Notes: generated from the letters alone by a model not told the origin. DNA of 64,000 nt from Parcubacteria group bacterium (GCA_016188775.1 JACPHC010000006.1:618-64617); one strand, 5' to 3'. Positions 8,512 through 18,254 are shown, numbered from the stretch's first letter. Numbers and translations are program-made.

Positions 8512-10535
8512 AAAAACTCCTCACAATTATATTAATTTTTTCTCTCATCGTTTCTTCTTTTATTTTCAGCTTTCAAAAAACTTACGCTGGAGAACCTGTG
8601 ACCGATCCCCTCACTGAATTTATGACAGGTCTCACGTCTTTTGTAACAACTGTCTCGTCAATATATGACCAGATAGCTAACGAAGATAGCATTTTTGCCA
8701 CAGCGGCTAAATACGCATTATTGGTAGCTGGAACGCTTATTATGAACCAGATAACTAATGATATGATAAATTGGATTAACAACGGATTTGACGGCAAGCC
8801 GGGTTTTGTTCAAAATCCTGAAGGATTAATTAAAAAAGTCGGAGACCAAGCGGCCGGTTCTATTTTAACGACTCTGGCCGGCAATCAACTCTGCGAGCCG
8901 TTCAAATTAAATATTCAGATACCGTTGCAGGAAGTCTCGTCTTTTAACGATGAAGTTCAATGCACCCTCACGAAAATAGTTGAAAATATTGATTCTTTTT
9001 ATGACGATTTTTCAACCGGCGGCTGGCTCGCTTGGGTTCATTTAACCAAACCGCAAAATAACGCCATTAGCTCTTATTTAATGATCCAAGATGAATCGGC
9101 GCGCCAAGAGAGCAAATCCACAAAAAATACTTTTGACGAAATAAACCGCAATCAAGGATATTATTCCGTCAAAGAATGCAGCGCGAGCTTTGATTCTATA
9201 GATGTCCCCACCGGAGAAAAAAACGGAGTCAGAACGTTAACCGGTAAAACCCAAGAGAATATCTGGGATCAAGTCGCTAAAGCTGTCACTGATAGCGGCG
9301 GTGAAACGGTTTATCGCATAAAAGGTGAAATTCAATGTTCAACTAAAACTCCGGCGCAAGTTGTTTCAGGCACCTTAAATGAAACTATTACCGGAGGAAA
9401 TAAAATAATGCAACAATCAATATCCGATTTAACCGCGTCTTTAGGACTGCAAGGCAGTTTTTTTCAACCATTTATTACAGCGATGTTGAACGCCTTAATT
9501 AATAAAGGCGTTATGGAAGGATTGGCCGCGGCCCAAACAGCTTTAACCAACACGGAATCTTCGCCAATTAACTCTGTTCCCTCCGACGAAGCGGTTGATG
9601 ACTCTACTTTAGTAGACACAACCAGATCCGATATAGCCCAAGTTGAAAGCATTAAAAGATCCCTTAATCCGGGTTTAAAACAACAACTTTCATTAGTCTC
9701 TGACGCTTTAATTCCCGCAATTGATGTGGCCGGCCAAATTCAACAAACCGAAATTAATATATTAGAAACTGAAGGAAAAATGGCCGCTATAAACGAGGCT
9801 TTAGTTAAAGGCGGTCGAGCCGCGTCCTGCGTTTTTCCAACTGATACTACTGACAGAACAATTACCACTATTATAACTTCTACCAATGCCACTTATCCCA
9901 ATGCCACTGCTCTTGATGATAAAATGGCAAGAACTATAGACGTTAATGTTACTGACAGTAAATATGGAAAAGGAACGCCAGCTACAACTTTGCGTATTAT
10001 CACCGCCACTGCTCAAACAACCGATCTCTTCGGCAATACTTTTGTTAATGTAGGCGTCAATTCAGTGACAGCAATTTCGTCTCCTCAATATCAAACTCCT
10101 ATTGACGCTGCGCTTAGCAATTATACCACTGAAAAAACCAGCGCTGATAACGCTTTAAATAATATTGATCCGACAATGACTAGTCTTCAAATTTATTTAG
10201 ACAACGCTGATTCATTTATTGAAATTGGCAACGCCAATGTTCAAGCCGGGACCACAATTGCCCAATCTGACAAAGATACGCTCCAGCAAAATAAAGATAA
10301 TGCCCTTAATAGTCTAGCGCCGATTATAAGCCCAGAAACTGCCAATGATTTTTCCAGTTATAATTCAAAAATTTCCGATTTAAACGTGGAGACGTTTGAC
10401 CGCGCCGACAATATTAATCGCGAAGTCGGCTCATCCAGTTCAACCGATCCCCTAACTCTTTACGGACAATTAAACGACGCCAGCGGCGCTCTCGCTTCAA
10501 TTCAATCTTCTTACGCCGCTTGCGCCGCCTTTTAA
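8508..10535 (+). CDS. Large secreted Thr/Ser/Asn-rich protein, a candidate surface, adhesin or pilus-associated protein
   Basis: 675 aa with a cleavable-type signal peptide (MKKLLTIILIFSLIVSSFIFSFQKTYA). Its start overlaps the upstream stop by 4 nt, suggesting translational coupling. Confidence 0.5.
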   Translation: MKKLLTIILIFSLIVSSFIFSFQKTYAGEPVTDPLTEFMTGLTSFVTTVSSIYDQIANEDSIFATAAKYALLVAGTLIMNQITNDMINWINNGFDGKPGFVQNPEGLIKKVGDQAAGSILTTLAGNQLCEPFKLNIQIPLQEVSSFNDEVQCTLTKIVENIDSFYDDFSTGGWLAWVHLTKPQNNAISSYLMIQDESARQESKSTKNTFDEINRNQGYYSVKECSASFDSIDVPTGEKNGVRTLTGKTQENIWDQVAKAVTDSGGETVYRIKGEIQCSTKTPAQVVSGTLNETITGGNKIMQQSISDLTASLGLQGSFFQPFITAMLNALINKGVMEGLAAAQTALTNTESSPINSVPSDEAVDDSTLVDTTRSDIAQVESIKRSLNPGLKQQLSLVSDALIPAIDVAGQIQQTEINILETEGKMAAINEALVKGGRAASCVFPTDTTDRTITTIITSTNATYPNATALDDKMARTIDVNVTDSKYGKGTPATTLRIITATAQTTDLFGNTFVNVGVNSVTAISSPQYQTPIDAALSNYTTEKTSADNALNNIDPTMTSLQIYLDNADSFIEIGNANVQAGTTIAQSDKDTLQQNKDNALNSLAPIISPETANDFSSYNSKISDLNVETFDRADNINREVGSSSSTDPLTLYGQLNDASGALASIQSSYAACAAF

Positions 10536-10664
10536 ATTAGAAAATTAATCCCGTTAAAAATCGCGGATACGTAATTAAAATATGATATATATAAAAAATA
10601 AAATTTATAAATAATAAAATAGAGCCTCGGATGCTTTTTGCGCCCGCATTCTATTTTTAACGGG

Positions 10665-11387
10665 ATGAAAAAATTTTTTCTTACAATTTTCATTTCTTTG
10701 TTAATGCCTTTTTTAACATTGGCTATCGTAGCTAAATCAAAACCTCAACTTAATCAGCCGCTTCAAATCATTCTTTCTTGGACGGTTCCCTCTTCAATAC
10801 CTTCTCTTTACAAAGGCCGAGCCTTGCCGACTTTAAATTCATTTGTCCAAGTCAATGCCGATGCAATAAATGGAACGGATAAAAAAGAAAATCTCATCTT
10901 TAAATGGTTTGTTGATAACGACTATCAGCCTTTAGTTTCGGGCCGAAATAAAAATAATTTTAAATTTCAAATTAAAAAAGGGGTGGACGACCTTTATAAT
11001 ATCAAGCTGGAACTTCGCAAAACCGACTCCAGTCAAACGCTCTTGGCGACCAAAAATATTTTTATTCCCATCACCAATCCGGAAATTATCTTTTATAAAT
11101 TAAATAATGAAACGGCGATTAATAAAGAAATAAATATGTCCATTGGCCAATCTATTGATATAACAGCTGAACCTTATTTTTTCAACTCGCCGAAAGGAAA
11201 TTTAAAATATGAATGGACGATAAACGGAGGAAAAGCGAAAACGGAAAAACCGGATATTTTGAATTTAACGGCTCCGGAAGGAAAACTGCTCTCTCCGGTC
11301 TTAAAATCCATTGGGCTTAAAATCAGCAAAACCTTTTTTCCGGCCCAGCAAACGGAAGAATCTTTTAATTTAAAAATTTCCCAATGA
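10665..11387 (+). CDS. Secreted hypothetical protein
   Basis: Signal peptide MKKFFLTIFISLLMPFLTLAIVA. The start at ATG 10665 is preferred over the track start at 10638. Confidence 0.5.
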   Translation: MKKFFLTIFISLLMPFLTLAIVAKSKPQLNQPLQIILSWTVPSSIPSLYKGRALPTLNSFVQVNADAINGTDKKENLIFKWFVDNDYQPLVSGRNKNNFKFQIKKGVDDLYNIKLELRKTDSSQTLLATKNIFIPITNPEIIFYKLNNETAINKEINMSIGQSIDITAEPYFFNSPKGNLKYEWTINGGKAKTEKPDILNLTAPEGKLLSPVLKSIGLKISKTFFPAQQTEESFNLKISQ

Positions 11388-12271
11388 AAAAAATCATTAT
11401 TGTTGTTATATTTTTAGTTTTTTTCGTTAATTTAGCTCAAGCGGTTGAATTGACCTATCCGTCCGTTGGGCAAGGCATAACCACTCCCGCCGGCGCCACC
11501 AGCGATTTAGGAAATTATCTCGCATATGTTTACACTCTCGGCTTAGGCGCTTCCGGCATTGCCGCTTTGGCAATGATTGTCTGGAGCGGCATCAAATATA
11601 TGACTTCGGAAATTGTCACTTCCAAAGAAGAAGCGCGCAAAGATATTCAAGCCGCTCTTTTTGGACTGGCTTTGCTTCTGGGCGCTTATTTGATCTTAAA
11701 CACCATTAATCCTAATTTAGTCAGCTTAACTAATCCTGAGCTTGAAAGGCCGGCTGCGGTTCAAGGATATTGCGGCACGTCCGGACAAAAACAATCTGAA
11801 TTTACTCCGCCAAGTTGTTGCTCTGGCTATCAATCTGATAATGAAGGTATATGTAGATACGTCGGTCTAACTGAAGGCAGCGCTTGCCCTGCCACGATAA
11901 CAAACGGCGTTAACTGCTCAAGCGACCAGGTTTGCTCTAATAACAAATGCAAAGTTAAAGCATCATTCAATGAAACCTGCAGCGATGTGAAAAATAGTTC
12001 AGATTGCCTTTCAGGCCTCACCTGCATATCAACAGGGATAATTGGCGGTAATTGTCATAAGCCAACGGGCCAAAGAGTCGAAAGCGAATATTGCGGAGAT
12101 AATATTAATAGTTGCGGTTCCGGATTAAAATGTTCTGCCGGTATTTGCGTGGTCAGTACTTCTACCACAGCAAAAACAACTAACGAAGCCTGCACCAGTG
12201 GTCCTGAATGCCAAAGCAATCGATGCGAATACCCTGATAGCAGATCAACTAGTAGAACGTGCCAACCTTAA
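11384..12271 (+). CDS. VirB2/TrbC-like T4SS pilin domain (signal peptide plus two hydrophobic helices) fused to a ~180-aa Cys-rich C-terminal extension
   Basis: Signal MKKIIIVVIFLVFFVNLAQA. Helix 1 is LGASGIAALAMIVWSGIKYM, followed by a polar turn TSEIVTSKEEARKDIQ, then helix 2 AALFGLALLLGAYLILNTINP. The C-terminus has four C-x(5-7)-C-x-SG-x-C-x(3-8)-C-like modules. Confidence 0.5.
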   Translation: MKKIIIVVIFLVFFVNLAQAVELTYPSVGQGITTPAGATSDLGNYLAYVYTLGLGASGIAALAMIVWSGIKYMTSEIVTSKEEARKDIQAALFGLALLLGAYLILNTINPNLVSLTNPELERPAAVQGYCGTSGQKQSEFTPPSCCSGYQSDNEGICRYVGLTEGSACPATITNGVNCSSDQVCSNNKCKVKASFNETCSDVKNSSDCLSGLTCISTGIIGGNCHKPTGQRVESEYCGDNINSCGSGLKCSAGICVVSTSTTAKTTNEACTSGPECQSNRCEYPDSRSTSRTCQP

Positions 12272-12277
12272 TAGACT

Positions 12278-12676
12278 ATGCAATTTCAAGTCCCCCAATT
12301 CATTGAAGTGGAAGATAAAATCATCGGCCCTCTCACGCTCAAACAATTTCTTTATATCGCCGCTCCCGTAGGCTTTACTTTTCTTTTAAAATTTTTCTTA
12401 AGTCTGCCGTTTATGATTCTTTTAGGCGGGCCGACCGTGCTTTTCGGTTTCGCTCTGGCGTTTTACAAACCCGGCGGCCGGCCTTTTATCGTAATGATAA
12501 AATCTTTTTTTAATTTTCTGTCCAAGCCCCGTCTTTATATGTGGCAGCATCCGCGAACAAAAGAAATCACTCTGGAAAAAGAACTTATTCCCCAAACTAA
12601 AAGATTAAAAGAGCAAAAATGGAAATTGAACATATTTTCCGCCAAAGGCGGATCCGCCTCTGGCGGGAAAAAATAA
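12278..12676 (+). CDS. PrgI/VirB3-like small membrane protein of Gram-positive-type T4SS
   Basis: 132 aa. The N-terminus MQFQVPQFIEVEDKIIGPLTLKQFLYI is followed by two TM helices, and the gene sits immediately upstream of VirB4. The family is recognised from memory. Confidence 0.5.
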   Translation: MQFQVPQFIEVEDKIIGPLTLKQFLYIAAPVGFTFLLKFFLSLPFMILLGGPTVLFGFALAFYKPGGRPFIVMIKSFFNFLSKPRLYMWQHPRTKEITLEKELIPQTKRLKEQKWKLNIFSAKGGSASGGKK

Positions 12677-12798
12677 ATTTTGACAATTTGTTATTTAAAT
12701 TAAAATTAAAGTATGGCACCCGCCTTCGCTAAAAGCTTCGGCGGATGCTCATAATTGTAGCGAAATTTATTTCGCTATAATTATAAATTTCGACAATT

Positions 12799-13449
12799 AT
12801 GGCAAAACCTGAAGCGTCGACTCAACAATTTGTTATAATAGATCAAATCCGCGATAACGTGGTGTTTTTAAAAGACGGACAAATGCGCGGAATTTTAGCC
12901 GCCTCTTCTCAAAATTTCGCCCTAAAAACCGAAGAAGAACAGCAAGCGACTCTTTATCAATTCCAAAATTTTCTAAACACTTTGGATTTTTCTTTGCAAA
13001 TTGTCGTTCATTCCCGCAAATTGGATATCGCTCCTTATCTTTCCTATTTGGAAGAGGCGACCAGAAAAGAAGACAACGAACTGATGAAAATTCAAACACA
13101 AGAATACACGGAATTTATCCGTTCTTTTGTCCAAGGCTCAACGATTATGACTAAAAGTTTTTATGTTGTGGTGCCATTCGCTTTACTGGCCGGCGCGAAA
13201 AAAACCGGCGGAATTTTGAGCCTTTTCAAAACCGCGGCTGCTCCGGCCAAAACCTTGGCTAAAATGTCCGAAAAAGAATTCCAGGCTTATAAAAACCAGC
13301 TGGATCAAAGAATGGATCAGGTGGCGGCCGGGCTGACCAGGACCGGCACTCGGACCATTTCGCTCGACGCCGACAGCCTGACGGAACTTTTTTATGAAAT
13401 TTATAATCCCGGCGAAGTCAAACAAAAACCGAGAGAAATACCGGAGTAA
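12799..13449 (+). CDS. N-terminal ~216 aa of a Gram-positive-type VirB4 (TcpF/PrgJ/TrsE-like), separated from the ATPase body by an in-frame 219-bp insert
   Basis: The motif FVIIDQIRDNVVFLKDGQMRGILAASSQNFALKTEEEQQATLYQFQNFLNTLDFSLQIVV matches the conserved start of VirB4-like proteins. It is in the same reading frame as 13669..15444. Confidence 0.5.
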   Translation: MAKPEASTQQFVIIDQIRDNVVFLKDGQMRGILAASSQNFALKTEEEQQATLYQFQNFLNTLDFSLQIVVHSRKLDIAPYLSYLEEATRKEDNELMKIQTQEYTEFIRSFVQGSTIMTKSFYVVVPFALLAGAKKTGGILSLFKTAAAPAKTLAKMSEKEFQAYKNQLDQRMDQVAAGLTRTGTRTISLDADSLTELFYEIYNPGEVKQKPREIPE

Positions 13450-13485
13450 TGAATGGACATATAATAAAAATATTCTACAATCGAA

Positions 13486-13567
13486 GTCATTGCGAGGCGA
13501 TTAAATCGCCGAAGCAATCTCTCGACAATTGAGATTACTTCGTCGGCTTATGCCTCCTCATAATGAC
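13486..13567. repeat. Copy C of the family-1 miniature palindromic element, lying inside the gap that splits VirB4
   Basis: GTCATTGCGAGGCGATTAAATCGCCGAAGCAATC ... CTCATAATGAC. Confidence 0.7.
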
Positions 13568-13668
13568 AAACAAATTATTTATTTGATTTGAGAATAGTAA
13601 TAGTTACTTATAGGATATTTGGCGAATGCATAATAATGCTATCAAATCTCACAATTAAAATTTGAACC

Positions 13669-15444
13669 ATGACTAATAATACTGAAACAATCCTAACTGA
13701 AGGAACGGTTTCAATCAAAGATATTATCGCCCCTTCGGCTCTGGAAGTTAACGCCAATTTTATAAAAATCGGCGGCAAAATCGCCCGCACTTTTTTTGTT
13801 ATTTCCTACCCAAAATTTTTAACCACGAATTGGCTTTCGCCGATTATAAATCTGGATAAAATTTTGGATGTTTCTTTATTTTTTCACCCGGTTGACACCG
13901 CTATAGTTTTAAAAAACCTCCGCAAAAAAGCCGCCCAAGTCGAATCCCAATTAATGGCTCGGGAAGAAAAAGGCCAAACCCGGGATCCGGTGCTGGAAGC
14001 CGCCATTGCCAACATTGAAGAATTAAGGGATCGGTTGTCGCAGGCCACGGAAAAACTTTTTAAATTTGGACTTTATTTTACTTTATGGGGAGAATCTTTG
14101 GAAGAATTGGAAAAAACAGAAAATGAAATTCGGACAATGCTGGAAGGCCGACTGATAATGACCAAAACAGCCACTTATCAGCAGGAAGAAGGATTTAATT
14201 CAGCTCTGCCAACCAATGACGACCAACTCCAAATCACTATGCCTATGAACACCGACACCATTTCCAGCGCTTTTCCTTTTGTTTCTTTTGACCTAACTTC
14301 CAATAAAGGCATACTTTACGGCATCAACCGGCACAATAACAGCCTGATAATTTTTGACCGGTTTTCTTTGCCTAATTACAACTCTCTGATTTTTGCCACC
14401 TCGGGCGCGGGCAAATCTTACACCACCAAACTAGAAGTTTTGCGAGCAATGATGCTGGGCTCGGACGTGATGATTTTAGATCCGGAAAATGAATACGAAT
14501 ATCTATCCCAGACAGTCGGAGGAAGTTTTTTTCGCATATCTCTGACGTCTAAACATCATATTAATCCTTTTGATCTGCCAAGACCGCGATCGGACGAAAA
14601 TCCGGCTGATGTTTTAAGATCCAATATTATTAATCTGGTCGGCCTGCTTCGCATTATGCTGGGCGGCCTGAGCCCGGAAGAAGACGGCTTGATTGACCGG
14701 GCCATCACTGAAACTTACGCCGCGCGAAACATTACCGTGGAAAGCGATTTTTCCAACGCCGAGCCGCCTTTGATGTCCGATCTTCAAACAGTTTTAGAAA
14801 GCCTGGAAGGCGGAAAAAATTTAGCCACGAGACTGGAAAAATACACCCGAGGCAGTTACGCCGGATTTCTTAATCAGCCGTCCAATGTTGATATCGGCAA
14901 CCGCCTGGTTGTTTTTTCTATTCGGGATATGGAAGACGAGCTCCGTCCAATCGCGATGTATATTATTCTCCATTTCATCTGGAACGAAATCCGTCGGGAA
15001 ATTAAAAAACGAATTTTAATAGTGGATGAAGCCTGGGTTTTAATGAAACATGAAGACGGCGCTTCTTTCCTTTTTGGGATTGCCAAAAGAGGAAGGAAGT
15101 ATTATTTGGGACTTACCATTATCACGCAAGACGTGGCGGATCTTATGAATAGCCCTTACGGTAAGCCCATTGTCACCAATTCCTCTATGCAACTTTTGTT
15201 AAAACAATCGCCGGCCACGATTGAAACGGTTGTTAAAACATTTAATCTGACGGATGAAGAAAAATTCCTGCTGCTGGAATCAAACGTCGGGGAAGGAATA
15301 TTTTTTGCCGGACTCAAGCACGCGGCTATAAAAGTAATCGCCTCCTACGCCGAAGATCAAATTATCACATCGGATCCTTCTCAACTACTGGCGATTCAAA
15401 AAGCCAAAGAGCAATTAGTCCAAGCTGAAGAAAAAGTGATTTAA
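13669..15444 (+). CDS. VirB4/TrbE/CagE-family T4SS ATPase (central and C-terminal parts)
   Basis: Walker A is LIFATSGAGKSYT and Walker B is RILIVDEAW. The N-terminal region IIAPSALEV..IGGKIARTFFVISYPKFL..WLSPII is typical of VirB4. Walker A sits at residue ~243 of this ORF. That only fits the usual position if the 216 aa of the upstream ORF are added. Confidence 0.85.
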   Translation: MTNNTETILTEGTVSIKDIIAPSALEVNANFIKIGGKIARTFFVISYPKFLTTNWLSPIINLDKILDVSLFFHPVDTAIVLKNLRKKAAQVESQLMAREEKGQTRDPVLEAAIANIEELRDRLSQATEKLFKFGLYFTLWGESLEELEKTENEIRTMLEGRLIMTKTATYQQEEGFNSALPTNDDQLQITMPMNTDTISSAFPFVSFDLTSNKGILYGINRHNNSLIIFDRFSLPNYNSLIFATSGAGKSYTTKLEVLRAMMLGSDVMILDPENEYEYLSQTVGGSFFRISLTSKHHINPFDLPRPRSDENPADVLRSNIINLVGLLRIMLGGLSPEEDGLIDRAITETYAARNITVESDFSNAEPPLMSDLQTVLESLEGGKNLATRLEKYTRGSYAGFLNQPSNVDIGNRLVVFSIRDMEDELRPIAMYIILHFIWNEIRREIKKRILIVDEAWVLMKHEDGASFLFGIAKRGRKYYLGLTIITQDVADLMNSPYGKPIVTNSSMQLLLKQSPATIETVVKTFNLTDEEKFLLLESNVGEGIFFAGLKHAAIKVIASYAEDQIITSDPSQLLAIQKAKEQLVQAEEKVI

Positions 15445-15455
15445 AAAAATAATTT

Positions 15456-16580
15456 ATGTCTAGACGCAATCTAATAATTTTAATATCGGCGGTGATTTTG
15501 ATAATAATAACTATTATTTTAATCCTGACAGTTTTTTTGCGCCGGCCCGGCCCATTACCAACGCCCGCGCCTTCAGGAGGGGGGTTTATTATCCCCGAAG
15601 AACCGACTCTTCCAACGGTTTCTAAAGAAAAGGTTCGCGCTTTGAGCGAAAATCCGGCCGGCGCTTTGCATATAGTCAATGATCGGCCGCGATTCTGGGA
15701 TAAAGAAACCGGCTTCATTTTCGAAACCAGCCCTGACGGCGCCGAACCAAAAAGAATTTCTCGCGATCAACTGGCCGATGTTGTCAATATCCTGCCGCTT
15801 TCCGACAATGAAAAAATTGTTTTGGCGGAGAAAGAAAATAACCAAATAAAATATTCAATCTACAACCTTGTTTCTGGGACAAAAAATCTTCTGCCAAACG
15901 GGATTAAATCAATCGCCGTTTCACCAGACGGGAAAAAAATCGCTCTCTATTTAACTGACGGCCAAAAAAATAAACTGGTTATTACCGACGCGGACGCCAT
16001 AAACGCTAAAACAGTCGCGGAACTTAACCTGGATAAAATAAATCTCTCCTGGACCAACGCCAATATGATTTTAATGGCTGAACCGGCCTCAGGTCTGGCC
16101 TCAAGCAGTATTTTAAGTTTTAACGCGGAAAAAAAGCAACCGGATTTGATTGTTGATAATTTATTCGGACTGGAAGCTATTACCTCTTCTGATTTCTCAA
16201 AAATGATTTATTCAAAAACTAATCAAGCCGGCGGCGGCCTTTCTCTTAATCTTCTGGATTTAAGCACAAGAGAAGCGAAAAGCCTGGCTATCGGCACTTT
16301 CGCTTCCAAATGCGTTTTTTCGAAATCTAATCGAGAAATTTTTTGCGCCGTTCCGTCTGAACTGAAATCTTCAATATTGCCGGATGATTACTATAAAGGA
16401 ATATTGAGAACCAATGATTCTTTATTTAAAATCAACCTGGAAACAGCGGAATTTAGCGAAATAATAAACGGCTTTGAACGTCCGTCTTTCGATATTGTCA
16501 AACCTCTTTTAAATTCGTCAGAAGACTTTTTATTCTTTATAAATAATTTGGACGACAAGCCTTACTCAATTAAACTTTAA
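15456..16580 (+). CDS. Membrane-anchored protein with a TolB-like/beta-propeller-like extracytoplasmic domain
   Basis: N-terminal TM helix, then repeated SPDGKKIALY-type blades. Confidence 0.4.
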   Translation: MSRRNLIILISAVILIIITIILILTVFLRRPGPLPTPAPSGGGFIIPEEPTLPTVSKEKVRALSENPAGALHIVNDRPRFWDKETGFIFETSPDGAEPKRISRDQLADVVNILPLSDNEKIVLAEKENNQIKYSIYNLVSGTKNLLPNGIKSIAVSPDGKKIALYLTDGQKNKLVITDADAINAKTVAELNLDKINLSWTNANMILMAEPASGLASSSILSFNAEKKQPDLIVDNLFGLEAITSSDFSKMIYSKTNQAGGGLSLNLLDLSTREAKSLAIGTFASKCVFSKSNREIFCAVPSELKSSILPDDYYKGILRTNDSLFKINLETAEFSEIINGFERPSFDIVKPLLNSSEDFLFFINNLDDKPYSIKL

Positions 16581-17022
16581 TCACGGGTTTAATAATAACA
16601 TAACGCTCCGGCTCATTTCCTTCGCTTTCGGTTGTCAAATCAACTTCTCCGGCCAGCGCCAAATGAGCCGTTCTTCTCTCATAAGCGGACATTGAAGGCA
16701 AAGCAACGACTTTTTTAAAAAAGCGCGCTTCTTTCGCTTTTTCCAAAACCATTTCTTTAATCTCTTTCTCTCTGAATTCGCGCCAATTATTCACGTCAAT
16801 TATAAATGAAGGAGCTTCGCCCATCCGTTTCCGAATCACCAGATAAATCAGGTGATTAAAAGCCGCCAAAACTTCCGGCTTATTATTTGTCCAGCGATCG
16901 AGATCGCCGATAAAAATATTATATTTATTTTTATCGGCGTCTTGAGATAATTCAATCGTATGCTCAAAGCCCAAAACATTGATAAATTCTCTGATTAAAT
17001 TTTTTAATTGGTCTTCGTTCAT
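16570..17022 (-). CDS. jag: Jag/KhpB-like R3H-domain RNA-binding protein
   Basis: 150 aa in the conserved position downstream of yidC. The C-terminus has R3H-like ...YERRTAHLALAGEVDLTTESEG. Confidence 0.6.
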   Translation of the reverse strand: MNEDQLKNLIREFINVLGFEHTIELSQDADKNKYNIFIGDLDRWTNNKPEVLAAFNHLIYLVIRKRMGEAPSFIIDVNNWREFREKEIKEMVLEKAKEARFFKKVVALPSMSAYERRTAHLALAGEVDLTTESEGNEPERYVIIKPVIKV

Positions 17023-17151
17023 CTCGCACGATGCAGATCGCGATCGAAAGACGCAATCCGCTTGTATTAATTTTTTATAATTTCAAATTTATAATATTCG
17101 CGTATATCCCGAGAAGAAGCGATCGCGACTTCGTACGGGATAAAACTAAAT

Positions 17152-17898
17152 TCAATTCTTCTGTATTTTAGATTCTAGATTCTGATTATTGACGTGTTTT
17201 TCTTTATAAGGAAACCGTAAGGACAGATACTGCTGTAAAATAGCAAAGAGATTAAAAGTTGTCCAGTAAAGAGCAATAGCCGCTGGCCAAGATAAAGAAA
17301 TAAAGCCGATCAGGGCCGGAAAAACATAGACCATCTGTTTGTTTAATATATTGGAAAGATCGCCGGGGCTGGTGGTTTTTTGATCTTTCGGCAACATCAT
17401 TTTTGACTGCCAAAATTGAGAAACGCCGGCTAAAGCCGCGAGCGCTATATTGCGAGTCTGACTCAAATCAATAAAGCCGAGAAAAAGGGGATTGATTTGA
17501 CCCGGATTTTTCACGAAATCGTACAAAAAATTTAAAGAAGACTGATCAAGTCCGACGCGAAAAACCTTCAAAAGAGCGAATAAAACCGGAATTTGAATCA
17601 AAATAGTTAAAAAACCGGAAAAAGGATTAACTCGATGTTCTCGATAAAGATTGAGCAATGCCCGGCTTTGTTCTTCTTTGCTTTCTTTAAAATTTTTTTG
17701 AATTTCCTTAATTTTCGGCTGCAGCAAAGTCATTTCTCTTTGTGACTTTAACGCTTTTTGAGAAAGAGGATAAAGAATCAAACGGACAAAAATTGTCAGT
17801 AAAATAATTGCCACGCCAATATCGGGAACAAGGTCGTAAAAAAATATTAATAAATTAAATAGCGGCAGAAAAAGAAAATTATTGAATAATGAAGACAT
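17152..17898 (-). CDS. yidC: Membrane protein insertase YidC/Oxa1 (short form)
   Basis: 248 aa with 5 TM helices, in the rnpA-yidC-jag context. Confidence 0.75.
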   Translation of the reverse strand: MSSLFNNFLFLPLFNLLIFFYDLVPDIGVAIILLTIFVRLILYPLSQKALKSQREMTLLQPKIKEIQKNFKESKEEQSRALLNLYREHRVNPFSGFLTILIQIPVLFALLKVFRVGLDQSSLNFLYDFVKNPGQINPLFLGFIDLSQTRNIALAALAGVSQFWQSKMMLPKDQKTTSPGDLSNILNKQMVYVFPALIGFISLSWPAAIALYWTTFNLFAILQQYLSLRFPYKEKHVNNQNLESKIQKN

Positions 17899-17906
17899 TT
17901 TTATTA

Positions 17907-18254
17907 TTAATTAATGATGTTATTTTGTTTTAAAATTAATTCAAAAGTTTTTTGAATATCTTTAAAATTTGCTTTGGCCGCTTCCGGAGTCAAGCTAATC
18001 ACAATATCGAAACTTTTTGAAAATGCGGATGATTTAAGAATCGCCCGAGCCGCTTCTCTCATCTTTCTTTTTAAGCGATTCCTTAAAGTTGATTTTTTAG
18101 ACACTTTGGTTGAAATAATAAAACCAAATCGGCTTTCCGGCAGATAATTCGGCGAATATCTTAAAATTAAAAAGCCGCTCTTAAAAATCCGACCGCGCTG
18201 AAAAACATTATCAAAATCTTTTTTTTCAGTTATCCGATTGCGTCGAGCTAACAT
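17907..18254 (-). CDS. rnpA: Ribonuclease P protein component
   Basis: 115 aa basic protein lying between rpmH and yidC. Confidence 0.75.
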   Translation of the reverse strand: MLARRNRITEKKDFDNVFQRGRIFKSGFLILRYSPNYLPESRFGFIISTKVSKKSTLRNRLKRKMREAARAILKSSAFSKSFDIVISLTPEAAKANFKDIQKTFELILKQNNIIN

